Source: Promethearchaeota archaeon (GTDB taxonomy: Archaea; Asgardarchaeota; Lokiarchaeia; Sigyniarchaeales; SOKP01). Taken from it: a stretch of DNA of 64,000 bases. Position 1 is the stretch's first letter; each line of letters opens with the position of its first letter. The position numbers and the translations under genes are program-made. A model generated the notes under the pieces. The model ran no database searches, was not told where the DNA came from, and saw only the letters and a list, made by a program, of their open reading frames with translations. The stretch lies in the NCBI GenBank assembly GCA_008080735.1, contig SHMW01000003.1:32001-96000 (forward strand). Direction: 5' to 3'. This document shows, in pieces, positions 20,577-30,483 of this stretch.

Positions 20577-21677
20577 ATGAAAAAAAAGATACAGATAGCG
20601 AGTATTATTCTCCTAAGCCTATTTATTCTGAATGGATTCCCGGTACTCCACGCCAAAGCTGAATTCGAAATAAGAACCTCATCAAATAAGCCCAAAATCG
20701 TTACTTATATGTCGATCACTGAGGATTGGACTCGACAGTTATTACGTAATATAGAAGCCGATATATATGTACTAGTAAGCGGAAGTCAGGATGTTCATTC
20801 TTATGATCCAACCTCGGATGCGCTCTTGAAGATGGACGGGGCTGATTTATTCGTAAAACTCAATATACCGATAGAAGCTTATGCAGATGATATTGAAGAT
20901 TCATTTCCAGGAGTGCCAACAGTCAATTTATGGGTCAATTCAACTGAGGATTCTCAATGGGGATTTGATCCAAGAAAAGATCCTAAATGGGAACATCCTG
21001 CGCAACCTCCTAATATGCATATGTGGACAAGCCCTGTTATCGCGAGGAATTTTGTTCATAGATTAGCTGATGGATTAAAATCTGAGATAGGTTCAACCAC
21101 TCTAATCAATGATACGATAGATGCCAATTTACAAGCATATGATTTGCAATTAAATAATACAATCAATTGGTTAAATGCGCTTAAGGAAACTTCGGAATAT
21201 AAAAGTCTTAACTTAATTCCATTCCATCCGGCATTTTTCTATTATTTAGAAGATGATCTTAACTTGACTCGTGTAGCTGTGATTGAAGAAAAACCTGGTG
21301 TTGAGGTCTCTGGCTCTCATTTAGATTATATCAGAAGTGTTCTAAATGACTCTTGTACAATTATTTGGCATCCACAAGAAGCTATTAGCCAAGAATATGC
21401 GAATGATTTATCGATCGAAACAGGTGCAAATACAACAATGCTGACTCCATTATTACCTATAACAACACCTTCAGAATGGGTTCCCAAATTTGGGAGTCAA
21501 ATAGATACATTCCTCGAAATGGTCGAGTTTAATACATATCAATTGGTGAATGGTGAGCCTTACGAACCAGAAGGGGGATTCATTCCTGGATTTGATATCT
21601 TAATAACACTAATGTCGATAATTGGAATAAGCGGATTAATAGTAATAATATACCGAAGGAGGATATTTCACCAATAA
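20577..21677 (+). CDS. metal ABC transporter substrate-binding protein (ZnuA/TroA family) with IPGF-type C-terminal sorting tail
   Basis: DVHSYDP, NMHMW, FHPAF His ligands; signal peptide; GGFIPGF + TM + RRR. Confidence 0.9.
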   Translation: MKKKIQIASIILLSLFILNGFPVLHAKAEFEIRTSSNKPKIVTYMSITEDWTRQLLRNIEADIYVLVSGSQDVHSYDPTSDALLKMDGADLFVKLNIPIEAYADDIEDSFPGVPTVNLWVNSTEDSQWGFDPRKDPKWEHPAQPPNMHMWTSPVIARNFVHRLADGLKSEIGSTTLINDTIDANLQAYDLQLNNTINWLNALKETSEYKSLNLIPFHPAFFYYLEDDLNLTRVAVIEEKPGVEVSGSHLDYIRSVLNDSCTIIWHPQEAISQEYANDLSIETGANTTMLTPLLPITTPSEWVPKFGSQIDTFLEMVEFNTYQLVNGEPYEPEGGFIPGFDILITLMSIIGISGLIVIIYRRRIFHQ

Positions 21678-21757
21678 ATAAAATTTAAACATTTTTTTTC
21701 TATAAATTTTTTTTTCTGTAAAATCTATTAAATAATAATTTCATTTGTGAGAATGTT

Positions 21758-22822
21758 ATGATAAATATTACAATATTCGAATTTTTTGAATTGTTTGATA
21801 GAATCTGGATGCAGCGTATTTTAATCGCAGCAATCCTTATTGGGATTGTGGGAGGCATTATAGGGACGTTCATAATCCTTTACAAAATCATCTTTTTAGG
21901 AGAAGCTATCGCACATTCAGCATTTGCAGGAGTTGCTTTAGCTTTAGTAATCGGTGTTCAACCGATATATATGATCTTTTTATTTTCGGAACTCAGTGCA
22001 ATTTCAGTCGGGTACGTCAACCAAAAAAAAATTATGAATGAAAATATTATTCTCGCGATAATCTTTTCCGGAATGATGGCGTTAGGTATTATTTTCATTA
22101 ATCTTCTAACTGAGGTTTCTGCAAGTGTGAGCAGTATACTTTTTGGAGCGCTCTTTTACATAAATCAAGAACAGGTAATAATATTAATTGTGGTTAGTGT
22201 GATAGTAATAGCGATTCTTGTTTATCTTCGAAAGGAATTGTTTTTTATGGTATTTGATAAGGAAATGGCAAAATTATCTGGGATTCCAATAAAAATTCTG
22301 GATTATCTTTTCTTAATGCTTTTAGCCGCATTAATCGGTGTCTCTATTCAATCTATTGGTGCAATATTAGTATTCGCAATATTTATAATGCCCGCTGCTA
22401 CAGCCTACATGCTTACTTATAATTACCGCCTAATGATTATCTTGTCTGCTCTTTTCGGAGCTGTATCGGGATTTTTGGGTGTAATGATTTCATTTTTATA
22501 TAATCTTCCCGGAGGACCTTCTATAGTCATTATTGCCACAGGATTTTTTTTGGTTGCTTTTATCTTTTCTCCAAAACGTTTATCAAAATTTATCAATAAA
22601 TTCAAATTCAAATATTCGGAAGGATATAAAAAATTACAAGAGCAATTTGACCATCCACTTGGGATTGATGTCCCCCATGCTCATATTGATACAGAAAAAA
22701 TTATATTACAGGTCAAACCAAAAAAATTCCCTCCTGAACATAAATGGAAGGGTCATAAACCAATAAAGAAAGAAAAGAGTGAAACCAACAATACCAAGAA
22801 GGAGGAGAAAGATGAGAAGTAA
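21758..22822 (+). CDS. metal ABC transporter permease (ZnuB/TroC family) with His-containing C-terminal tail
   Basis: GEAIAHSAFAG, ILFG, multiple TM helices; tail DHPLGIDVPHAH..EHKWKGH. Confidence 0.9.
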   Translation: MINITIFEFFELFDRIWMQRILIAAILIGIVGGIIGTFIILYKIIFLGEAIAHSAFAGVALALVIGVQPIYMIFLFSELSAISVGYVNQKKIMNENIILAIIFSGMMALGIIFINLLTEVSASVSSILFGALFYINQEQVIILIVVSVIVIAILVYLRKELFFMVFDKEMAKLSGIPIKILDYLFLMLLAALIGVSIQSIGAILVFAIFIMPAATAYMLTYNYRLMIILSALFGAVSGFLGVMISFLYNLPGGPSIVIIATGFFLVAFIFSPKRLSKFINKFKFKYSEGYKKLQEQFDHPLGIDVPHAHIDTEKIILQVKPKKFPPEHKWKGHKPIKKEKSETNNTKKEEKDEK

Positions 22823-23555
22823 ACAAATGTGTGAAGAGGGAGATGCGATCTGTGTTAATGGAGTAACCGTAACCTATGGAGATGTGGTTGCATTATGGCA
22901 AATAAATTTAGATGTTTCCCACGGAGATTATATTGGGATTGCGGGACCTAACGCTTCGGGGAAAACAACATTATTTAAAACGATCTTAGGTCTAAAAAAC
23001 CCGGTTGAAGGAGAAGTAAGTATTTATGGAAAACCTGTTGGAAATTTACCCAAAAAAACACTCAATAAAATCGCGTATGTTCCCCAAGCTCATCAAATTG
23101 ATCAATTTTTTCCCGCAAAAGTGAAAGATGTAGTCTTAATGGGGAGATATGGTATAAACTTTTTAGGTAGCCCATTGAAGAAAGAGGATTATGAAAAAAT
23201 GGAAGAGGAACTAAAATTTGTTGGGATGTATGAACAGAAAAGCCGCCCGATAGGACATTTAAGCGGTGGACAACAGCAAAAGGTTCTTATCGCGAGATCT
23301 TTAGTAAGAGAACCGGAAATTTTATTGCTGGATGAACCTACAAGTAATCTTGATTTTAAAATTACGAAAGAAATAACGGAATTGATAACAAAACTGCATG
23401 ATGAGCGAAATCTTACTGTCTTGACGATAAATCATAATTTAGATTTGTTGCGTGAAGATATTGATCGATTAATTATATTAAATAAACGAATTATCTATGA
23501 TGGACCTCCCCATGGAGAGAAAGTCGATGAGATCTTATATAGTACATTCTTCTAA
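22812..23555 (+). CDS. metal ABC transporter ATPase (ZnuC family)
   Basis: GPNASGKT, LSGGQQQ, LLLDEP; ATG 22812 overlapping the permease end is preferred over 22779. Confidence 0.9.
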   Translation: MRSKQMCEEGDAICVNGVTVTYGDVVALWQINLDVSHGDYIGIAGPNASGKTTLFKTILGLKNPVEGEVSIYGKPVGNLPKKTLNKIAYVPQAHQIDQFFPAKVKDVVLMGRYGINFLGSPLKKEDYEKMEEELKFVGMYEQKSRPIGHLSGGQQQKVLIARSLVREPEILLLDEPTSNLDFKITKEITELITKLHDERNLTVLTINHNLDLLREDIDRLIILNKRIIYDGPPHGEKVDEILYSTFF

Positions 23556-23629
23556 AAAATCATAAAAATGATTTTAAGTAACATAAAATTGTTTAGAGTT
23601 GGAAAGCAAGATAGGAGGTAATTTCAAAT

Positions 23630-24070
23630 ATGAATGATATTGACTATAAAGTACTAAAAATTATTTATCGGAATGATAGTAAAGCCAAGATCAAGCTTAT
23701 CCAGCAAAAGCTAAATCAGTATGGCTATGAGAACGTACCTTACTCCACAATTGATAGTTGTATTGAACGGCTAAATGAACAAAATTTGGTGGTTTGGGAG
23801 AAATATCACCCAATAGAATTAACAGCTAAAGGGGAAAATTATGCAAAAGAACTAATACGACACACACAATTATTAGAAGTTCTTTTATATAAAGAACTCG
23901 ATTTAACCACCGAAGAAGCACACAATGAAAGCGAAAAGTTCAATTTACTTTTTTCATGTAAAACGATAAATAAGATTTGTGAAAAATATGACCACCCTGA
24001 GCAATGTCCATGCGGGGAAGAAATTCTCAACTCCTCTAATTGCTTTTGCCAAAAAGAATTTTCAGAGTAG
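23630..24070 (+). CDS. DtxR/MntR family metal-dependent regulator (variant)
   Basis: wHTH, LTAKGE..A..LIRH..LLE, AH.E, P..CPCG..I; GGAGG SD; follows the ABC genes. Confidence 0.85.
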   Translation: MNDIDYKVLKIIYRNDSKAKIKLIQQKLNQYGYENVPYSTIDSCIERLNEQNLVVWEKYHPIELTAKGENYAKELIRHTQLLEVLLYKELDLTTEEAHNESEKFNLLFSCKTINKICEKYDHPEQCPCGEEILNSSNCFCQKEFSE

Positions 24071-24122
24071 AGTTCGATCATTCTTTTTAATTTGTTAATT
24101 GTAAGATAAAGAAAGAAGAATT

Positions 24123-24875
24123 ATGAATGAATTGAATTTCACGAAAGGGCTGCGAAAGTATATTGAGTATTATAAAGGATTAGACGATTTTTACCTTCCA
24201 TTTTTTTATTGGCTAAAAAATAATTATCCCATCAAAAAGGTATTATATCCTGGAAGTTATACCCATATTACAACCTCTCTCGTATTTCCAGAAGTAGTCT
24301 ATGTTGATAACACAAACTCATCCGAGATTACTTTTAAAGATAAAAATACGAGGAAATTTATTAACCGCTATAAGCTTTATGATAAAATATCAGAAATTAG
24401 GTTTTATTTAACCGATTATCGAAAAATACCTAATGAAAAGCCTTTAAGTTTCGATCTTCTTATCTCTATAAGTGCGGGCTTTATATCGACCACCTGTGGA
24501 AAATATTTAAGGAAAGGGGGCCTTTTTTTGTCCGACAACGATCATAATGATGCTGCACGAGGTTATGTTTCAAATAGTTATGAATTGATAGGAGTTTTGA
24601 ATAACATTAAATCTTCCAGACATGACCATCATTCTAAAAATATACAAGAAAACGTTCTTTTTGATGAAAAATATTTTAAAAGAAAAAGAAAAGAGATAGA
24701 AAGTTCATCGGAAATTCAGTTTATCTCAACAGATTTACAAGAATTCTTTCAACCGAAAATTGAGCCAGAGTTAACATTAGATATGGTTGAAGAAATCATG
24801 GAAAAATCTCCATCAAAACTCTCTTATAAATTGAAAAAGAAGGCTGATTTGTATTTATTTAGAAAATTAGATTAA
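24123..24875 (+). CDS. hypothetical protein, possibly methyltransferase-like fold
   Basis: VLYPGS, VYVD, FDLLIS, LRKGG resemble class I MTase elements; RHDHH insert. Confidence 0.6.
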   Translation: MNELNFTKGLRKYIEYYKGLDDFYLPFFYWLKNNYPIKKVLYPGSYTHITTSLVFPEVVYVDNTNSSEITFKDKNTRKFINRYKLYDKISEIRFYLTDYRKIPNEKPLSFDLLISISAGFISTTCGKYLRKGGLFLSDNDHNDAARGYVSNSYELIGVLNNIKSSRHDHHSKNIQENVLFDEKYFKRKRKEIESSSEIQFISTDLQEFFQPKIEPELTLDMVEEIMEKSPSKLSYKLKKKADLYLFRKLD

Positions 24876-25298
24876 TATCCAATTAAATATATTGTTTTTT
24901 TCTAATAACACAAATTCGTTCTTAATAATTCAATGTTTTGATCCATAGTCAAGACTTTTAGAATGATATTAACACAAATTATAATCCGAAATATCCATGT
25001 GGATAGTATATAGATGCCCAATAAATTATATACAGGTTAAATGGGCTTTTAAGCCCAGACTTCATACCGGGTTTGAAAAAAGTAATACTTATATATAATT
25101 CTATATTTTATTAATTGAAAAACTCATAACAGCGCCTTTTTTATGACATAGAGGGGATATTTTATCCCCGATATTCATAATTTTTTATATTTTCTACATA
25201 AATCATTTTAATATTTATATATATTAATTTCAATTGAGTTTTGAATAGATCCTCAATTTCACTGATTGCTTCTCTCAAAAAAAAAAATTTAAGTTATA

Positions 25299-26864
25299 TT
25301 ATTGTTTTTTTCCAATAACATAGAACATTTTACTATTATCCAAAGATTTAGATATTTTTAATCCCGCTAATCTTAATATTTTTTTCAGTTTTCGCATAGA
25401 TGGTAGACGATCCTCAGAAACAATTCCATCCACATTTTTATGAAGACTATTTATCTCAGCTCGAGATTGGGAGTGAGATACCATTAATTTCCCACCTTTT
25501 TTAAGCAATCCAACCATATTCTTCACGGTTTGTTTTTGATTTAGGAAATGTGGAAAGCAAGAATAACAAAGAATAGTATCAAATCTATGCTTTTCCTCGA
25601 TTTTATTTATATCTTCCATTCTAAATTCTACATTTGGATATTTTTTTGCATATTTTTCTGATGCTTTTGTAATCATATTTTCAGAAATATCAATTGCAAG
25701 AATCTTTCCGTTTGCTCCCACTTTACCATATAAAAGCGGAATCATAACGCCTGTGCCAGTTCCAACATCAAGAATAGTTTCTCCTTTTGACAAATCAAGA
25801 GCTTTAAGTATCTTTTCTAATTTTTCAGAATCATGGTATACTTCCTCATCCCAATTTTTAGCTCGATCGTTGAAAAAATCTCGTATATTTTCAATGTTTT
25901 TTTCCGGAGAAGTCATAGTGTCGTACTTTTTTTTCGCTTTTTTATGTTTGGGTGAAATTAAAACTGAAAGAGCAAAAAAGGTCGCTGAAAAGATTATGAT
26001 GGAAGAGGATATAGGAAAATCTAACCATAAAGATAAGAAAACGCCCCCTATTATTGTAAATACTCCTACAATTGGGGAAAATATAAATAATTTTTTTGTA
26101 TCATATACATACTGATACACAGTGGATGTGGGATTTACTATCATTGCATACACTAAAAATGCACCCACGATATTAATAGAAAAGGAAACAGCAATTGCGG
26201 TTGCGAGTAAGATTATAAATTTGAAAAAGGCGACATTAATTCCTGCGGCCAATGCCATTTTTTTATTAAGCATTATACTCATGAATTCTTTAAAGAATAT
26301 CAAAAGCAACAATATTATGCTAATGTTTAATAATATTAATATAATCAATTCTTCTTGACTTAGACCAAATAAACTTCCCCAAATTATTCCCATTGAACTA
26401 GCTCCCGTGACTCCTTCTGGCATCATACTGATGAAAATAAACCCTAGTGCTATCATTAATGAAAAAAGAATGCCGAGAATGATATTTGAATCTAACTTGG
26501 TCTTATCAGACAATGGACCTAAGAGAAATGCAACCAGAATAGTAAAAATAGCTGCCATATATACAGGATTAAATCCACTTCCATAAGATTCCAATAATAA
26601 CCCAAGAGCAGCACCTGCAAAGGCAGCATGACTCATAGCGAAACCCACTGTGGTTATTTTCATGTGAACAACAAAAGTTCCTACAAGGCTCAAAGCAAAC
26701 CCTGCCAATATGGAACTTATAAGTATTTTTTTCATTATTTTCTCGGGCAATAAAACAAAAGAAATATTATTATAGTGCGCATAAATTCCCAATACACTGC
26801 CTATGACTACACAGATTAAAATAACAGATATTATATTTTTCCATCGTATATTATAGTTGGCCAT
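25299..26864 (-). CDS. metal ABC permease fused to a class I SAM methyltransferase
   Basis: N-terminal ZnuB-like permease (AMSHAAFAG); C-terminal FFNDRAKNWD..ILDVGTGTG..FPHF..LKKGG in one uninterrupted frame. Confidence 0.85.
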   Translation of the reverse strand: MANYNIRWKNIISVILICVVIGSVLGIYAHYNNISFVLLPEKIMKKILISSILAGFALSLVGTFVVHMKITTVGFAMSHAAFAGAALGLLLESYGSGFNPVYMAAIFTILVAFLLGPLSDKTKLDSNIILGILFSLMIALGFIFISMMPEGVTGASSMGIIWGSLFGLSQEELIILILLNISIILLLLIFFKEFMSIMLNKKMALAAGINVAFFKFIILLATAIAVSFSINIVGAFLVYAMIVNPTSTVYQYVYDTKKLFIFSPIVGVFTIIGGVFLSLWLDFPISSSIIIFSATFFALSVLISPKHKKAKKKYDTMTSPEKNIENIRDFFNDRAKNWDEEVYHDSEKLEKILKALDLSKGETILDVGTGTGVMIPLLYGKVGANGKILAIDISENMITKASEKYAKKYPNVEFRMEDINKIEEKHRFDTILCYSCFPHFLNQKQTVKNMVGLLKKGGKLMVSHSQSRAEINSLHKNVDGIVSEDRLPSMRKLKKILRLAGLKISKSLDNSKMFYVIGKKQ

Positions 26865-26920
26865 TATTCCTGTTCCATCTCATAAAGTAATTTAATTAAT
26901 TTTTATTTAACCTTATTTAA

Positions 26921-27757
26921 TTATAATAATTGGCAATATGCCCTATATTTATTAGATTTTAACGCTTTTTCAGGTTCAGTGTCTAAGACAACTCTCCCTT
27001 TTTGAATCATCACGACTCTATCAACTCCTTTTGGAATTTCACTTTTATGAGAAACACACAGAGTAGTTATATTGGCCAATCGGTTAAGCCTTAAAAATAG
27101 CTTAAACATCTTTTGACGGGCATTTACATCTAGATTCGCAAATGGCTCGTCTAATAACAAAATTTCGGGTTCAGCAGCCAATATATTTGCGATTCGGGCT
27201 TTTTGTTGCATTCCTCCCGATAATTTTCCAATTGGTCTTTCCCAATAATCCTCCACCTCCTCCTTATTACGGACTACATCAAAACAGAATCGAGCAATTG
27301 TTCTATCTTCCTTTTTAGGAAACTTAAAAAGACCTAATCTCCCAGATCGTGCGGTCATTACTGCTGTTTTCACCAAGAAAGGTGTTTGGGCATCAAATTC
27401 CACTCCCTGAATGAGATATCCTATTTTCCTTCTCAGTTGACGAGAATGTTTGAATACTGACTTTTGATTGATTCTTACTGAGCCCTTTTCGACGGGTAAC
27501 ATCCCAAGTACGGTTTCTAATAGAGTTGTTTTTCCCGATCCGTTGGGTCCGACAATCAGAACAAATTCTCCTTTATATATCTTTAAATTGATATCATGAA
27601 GCGTTGGATACCGTTCTCCCTCGTAAACCGTATTAACATTTTGTAAAATTATTTGTGGATTAAAATATTTTATTTTTTTTTCAGTGTTTAATCCTTTGTC
27701 TTGTTTATCTTCAATAGCATCTAAAAATTGCGGATTGTAGCTTTTCTCAAATCTCAT
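26921..27757 (-). CDS. metal ABC transporter ATPase
   Basis: GPNGSGKT, LSGGMQQ, LLLDEP. Confidence 0.9.
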   Translation of the reverse strand: MRFEKSYNPQFLDAIEDKQDKGLNTEKKIKYFNPQIILQNVNTVYEGERYPTLHDINLKIYKGEFVLIVGPNGSGKTTLLETVLGMLPVEKGSVRINQKSVFKHSRQLRRKIGYLIQGVEFDAQTPFLVKTAVMTARSGRLGLFKFPKKEDRTIARFCFDVVRNKEEVEDYWERPIGKLSGGMQQKARIANILAAEPEILLLDEPFANLDVNARQKMFKLFLRLNRLANITTLCVSHKSEIPKGVDRVVMIQKGRVVLDTEPEKALKSNKYRAYCQLL

Positions 27758-27810
27758 ATTATTAAAAAAAAATGATTTAATTCTTTTTTAGAATTATTCA
27801 ATATTCACCT

Positions 27811-28848
27811 TCATTGAAATAATGATTCTTTTTTTTTGTAAATAATCAATCCTATACATGCGATAAAAGAAATTACAAGAGGAATCAAGAGATTCACACC
27901 AATAAATCCTCCATCTTCGGAAGGTCTTGGATCTGGGCCACCATTTAACACGTGATTTAATAACGCTACATTGAATTCCAACTGCTCTATATAGGTTTTC
28001 ACTCCATATACCCCTGGAAAGTTTAGTAAAAACGCACTTTCAATACCAAGGTCATCAGCAATTTCTTTTCCAATATCTGTTCCAGAATGATAATTTCCCA
28101 CCATAATCTCAGCGTTCCAATCGCTAGCATTGCCAGATATGTGTTGAATATCTGATGGAGTCATACTATTATCGTCCATTGTCCAAACGGAGGGACCAGA
28201 AACATTAAACCCAATCCAATTCATGAAAGCTTTTTGATGTTTCATGACATATGCTTTTGTATTATTCCATTGGTAGGTTGTATTGATTTTCATCTCAAAG
28301 TAGGTTTTATATCCTTCCAACTTCGCTAAATATCCATCCTTATTATCATTAAAGGTTTCAGTGAGTGATGGATATGTCTCATTTAAGTGTGAACAGATTA
28401 CTTCCACAAACTTTGGTGCGTTTTCAGGTGAACCCCATTGGTCAGGCCACCCTATACTGCTATTCTGAATCATTCCAAATGCAGCATCTGAATTACCCGC
28501 TGATTGGAGAAGTGGCATCAAGCCAGATCCCTCAAATCCGTGATAAAACACGATATCCGCATCTTGAACGATATTTATATCACTAGGAGGATAATCATAA
28601 TGTCCCGGACAAGATCCACTTTCGATGATTACTGAAACAATTCCCTCATCTCCGATAACTTCTTGAGCAAAATCTCTTAAAACATGAGTCGTAGCGACAA
28701 CTTTCACTTCACTATTAGAAGGTTCAATATCATTTTTATTTGTAATTATTGTCCTATCGCTGAATATTTTCAGATTTGCCAAACCAAATAAAAATATCAA
28801 CGATAATGCAATAAATGCCATTTTAAACTTTTTTTTCATAAAATCCAT
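27811..28848 (-). CDS. metal ABC transporter substrate-binding protein (atypical TroA-like, CPGH motif) with C-terminal TM anchor
   Basis: VVATT, CPGHYDYPPSD, ADIVFYHGFE; signal peptide; GGF + TM + KKK. Confidence 0.85.
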   Translation of the reverse strand: MDFMKKKFKMAFIALSLIFLFGLANLKIFSDRTIITNKNDIEPSNSEVKVVATTHVLRDFAQEVIGDEGIVSVIIESGSCPGHYDYPPSDINIVQDADIVFYHGFEGSGLMPLLQSAGNSDAAFGMIQNSSIGWPDQWGSPENAPKFVEVICSHLNETYPSLTETFNDNKDGYLAKLEGYKTYFEMKINTTYQWNNTKAYVMKHQKAFMNWIGFNVSGPSVWTMDDNSMTPSDIQHISGNASDWNAEIMVGNYHSGTDIGKEIADDLGIESAFLLNFPGVYGVKTYIEQLEFNVALLNHVLNGGPDPRPSEDGGFIGVNLLIPLVISFIACIGLIIYKKKESLFQ

Positions 28849-28860
28849 CTCTAATTTAGG

Positions 28861-28903
28861 AGTATTACTCTCTTCTAGTCTAGTATTACTTAAAAATATT
28901 ACT
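28861..28903. promoter_or_regulatory. NikR-like operator GTATTA-N16-TATTAC plus a third half-site
   Basis: AGTATTACT at 28861 and 28882, AATATTACT at 28895; overlaps the minus-strand promoter of the second metal ABC operon. Confidence 0.55.
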
Positions 28904-29057
28904 AGTTTTGAAGACCGTATGAAAGGGAAACAGAACTATAGCTTGGATTCACAAAATACATTTTAAGTTTTTGGGATTTAAAAATAAAAGAAGATGAATT
29001 CCAATTTTTCAAAAACTAATCTTAAAAATTAAAAATAAGATCTTTTTTAACATAAAT

Positions 29058-29936
29058 ATGGAAATTTCTATTTTTTACTTTTCGGGGACTGGGAACACCT
29101 GGTGGGTGTCTAAGAAGCTAAAATCTATTTTTAATCAGAAAGGGCATCACGCGGAAATTTATTCTATTGAAAAGAATAAAACCAATTTAGAGAATGACTT
29201 TTTAAAAATTGTGGATAAATCGGATTTAGTAGGAATTGGATATCCAGTATATGGTTCCAGCGTTCCGAAGATTATGAAAGATTGGGTGAATGAATATTTA
29301 TGTAATTATACTAAATCTAATCAAAAGAAAAAGAGCGCATTCGTGTTTGATACGATGGCTCTCTTTAGCGGTGATACGCCATTAAAAATGAGAAAATTGC
29401 TTGAAAAATGTAATTTTAAGGTAAAACAAGCAATTAATATCCGCATGCTTTCAAATCTGCCTCAAATGCCTCGTATTATGACTTGGGAAGTGGATAAACA
29501 GCAAGAAGTTTTTGAAAAGGCAGAAGCGAAATGTAATAAGTTAGTCAATAAAATATTAGAAGAAAAAAAATGGGTAATGCGGAGAGATCCGTTTAGCAGA
29601 TTACTGGGTTGGATACAGAGAGTGGGACTTCGCTTGGAAGGAAAAAAAATAAAGGAATGGTATGAAATCGATGAAGAACGATGTACTTTATGCAAAAAAT
29701 GCGTGAATTATTGTCCTGTAGATAATTTATCGATTGAAGGGAATAATGGAGATGTTCAGGTTGTGTTTGGAGATGATTGTATATATTGTATGCGCTGCTT
29801 CAATTTTTGTCCTGAAAATGCGATAATAATAATGGAGCGAACAAGAGATACAGACCGATATCGTCGATTCAGAGGGCAAATACCAGATTTCAAACTCTCA
29901 AAAATCCGAAAAACAAAAGAGCAAAACAATAAGTAA
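29058..29936 (+). CDS. EFR1-type flavodoxin + 2x[4Fe-4S] ferredoxin protein
   Basis: YFSGTGNT, GYPVY, CTLCKKCVNYCP, CIYCMRCFNFCP. Confidence 0.88.
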   Translation: MEISIFYFSGTGNTWWVSKKLKSIFNQKGHHAEIYSIEKNKTNLENDFLKIVDKSDLVGIGYPVYGSSVPKIMKDWVNEYLCNYTKSNQKKKSAFVFDTMALFSGDTPLKMRKLLEKCNFKVKQAINIRMLSNLPQMPRIMTWEVDKQQEVFEKAEAKCNKLVNKILEEKKWVMRRDPFSRLLGWIQRVGLRLEGKKIKEWYEIDEERCTLCKKCVNYCPVDNLSIEGNNGDVQVVFGDDCIYCMRCFNFCPENAIIIMERTRDTDRYRRFRGQIPDFKLSKIRKTKEQNNK

Positions 29937-30082
29937 AAGATTAGATGATTTTTTCTATAAGAATAAAACAATTATTTATTATCTAAAGCGTGAATCTTTT
30001 TAGAAAAAAACTTAAAGGTAAATAGAAATAGAAACTGTTATAGATTATAGGAAATCTAAAATCTGTTAAAGATCTAATAATA

Positions 30083-30481
30083 ATGGGAAATCTCGAAGAA
30101 GCTATAAGATGGTTGAGACAATCTAAATTTGATTATCAAACTGCATCCAATAATTAGGATTTTAAATCATATGAATTGGTCTGCTTTTTATCACATCAAG
30201 TAGCTGAAAAATCACTGAAAGCTCTTTTATACTATATTGGATTACGCCCTTTCGGTCATTCATTAAAAGATCTTGTTGAGGATATAAATAAAAACAAGGA
30301 TCAGCCAGATCTAAATATACCTACTAAATGCGTTTTAGAATTGGATAAACACTACATTCCGACGAGATATCCTACGCTTTTGTATCAGGAATCCCCACAT
30401 GAATAATATTCTAAAAAAAATGCGGAAGATTGTTTAAAATGGAGCAAGATGATATTAGACTCAGCAGACGTGTTCTTATAA
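30083..30481 (+). pseudogene. HEPN domain (toxin) pseudogene
   Basis: A.RWL.Q..D..A, CFLSHQVAEKSLKA, GHSL, LDKHYIPTRYP; in-frame TAG at 30155 and TAA at 30404. Confidence 0.85.
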
Positions 30482-30483
30482 AA

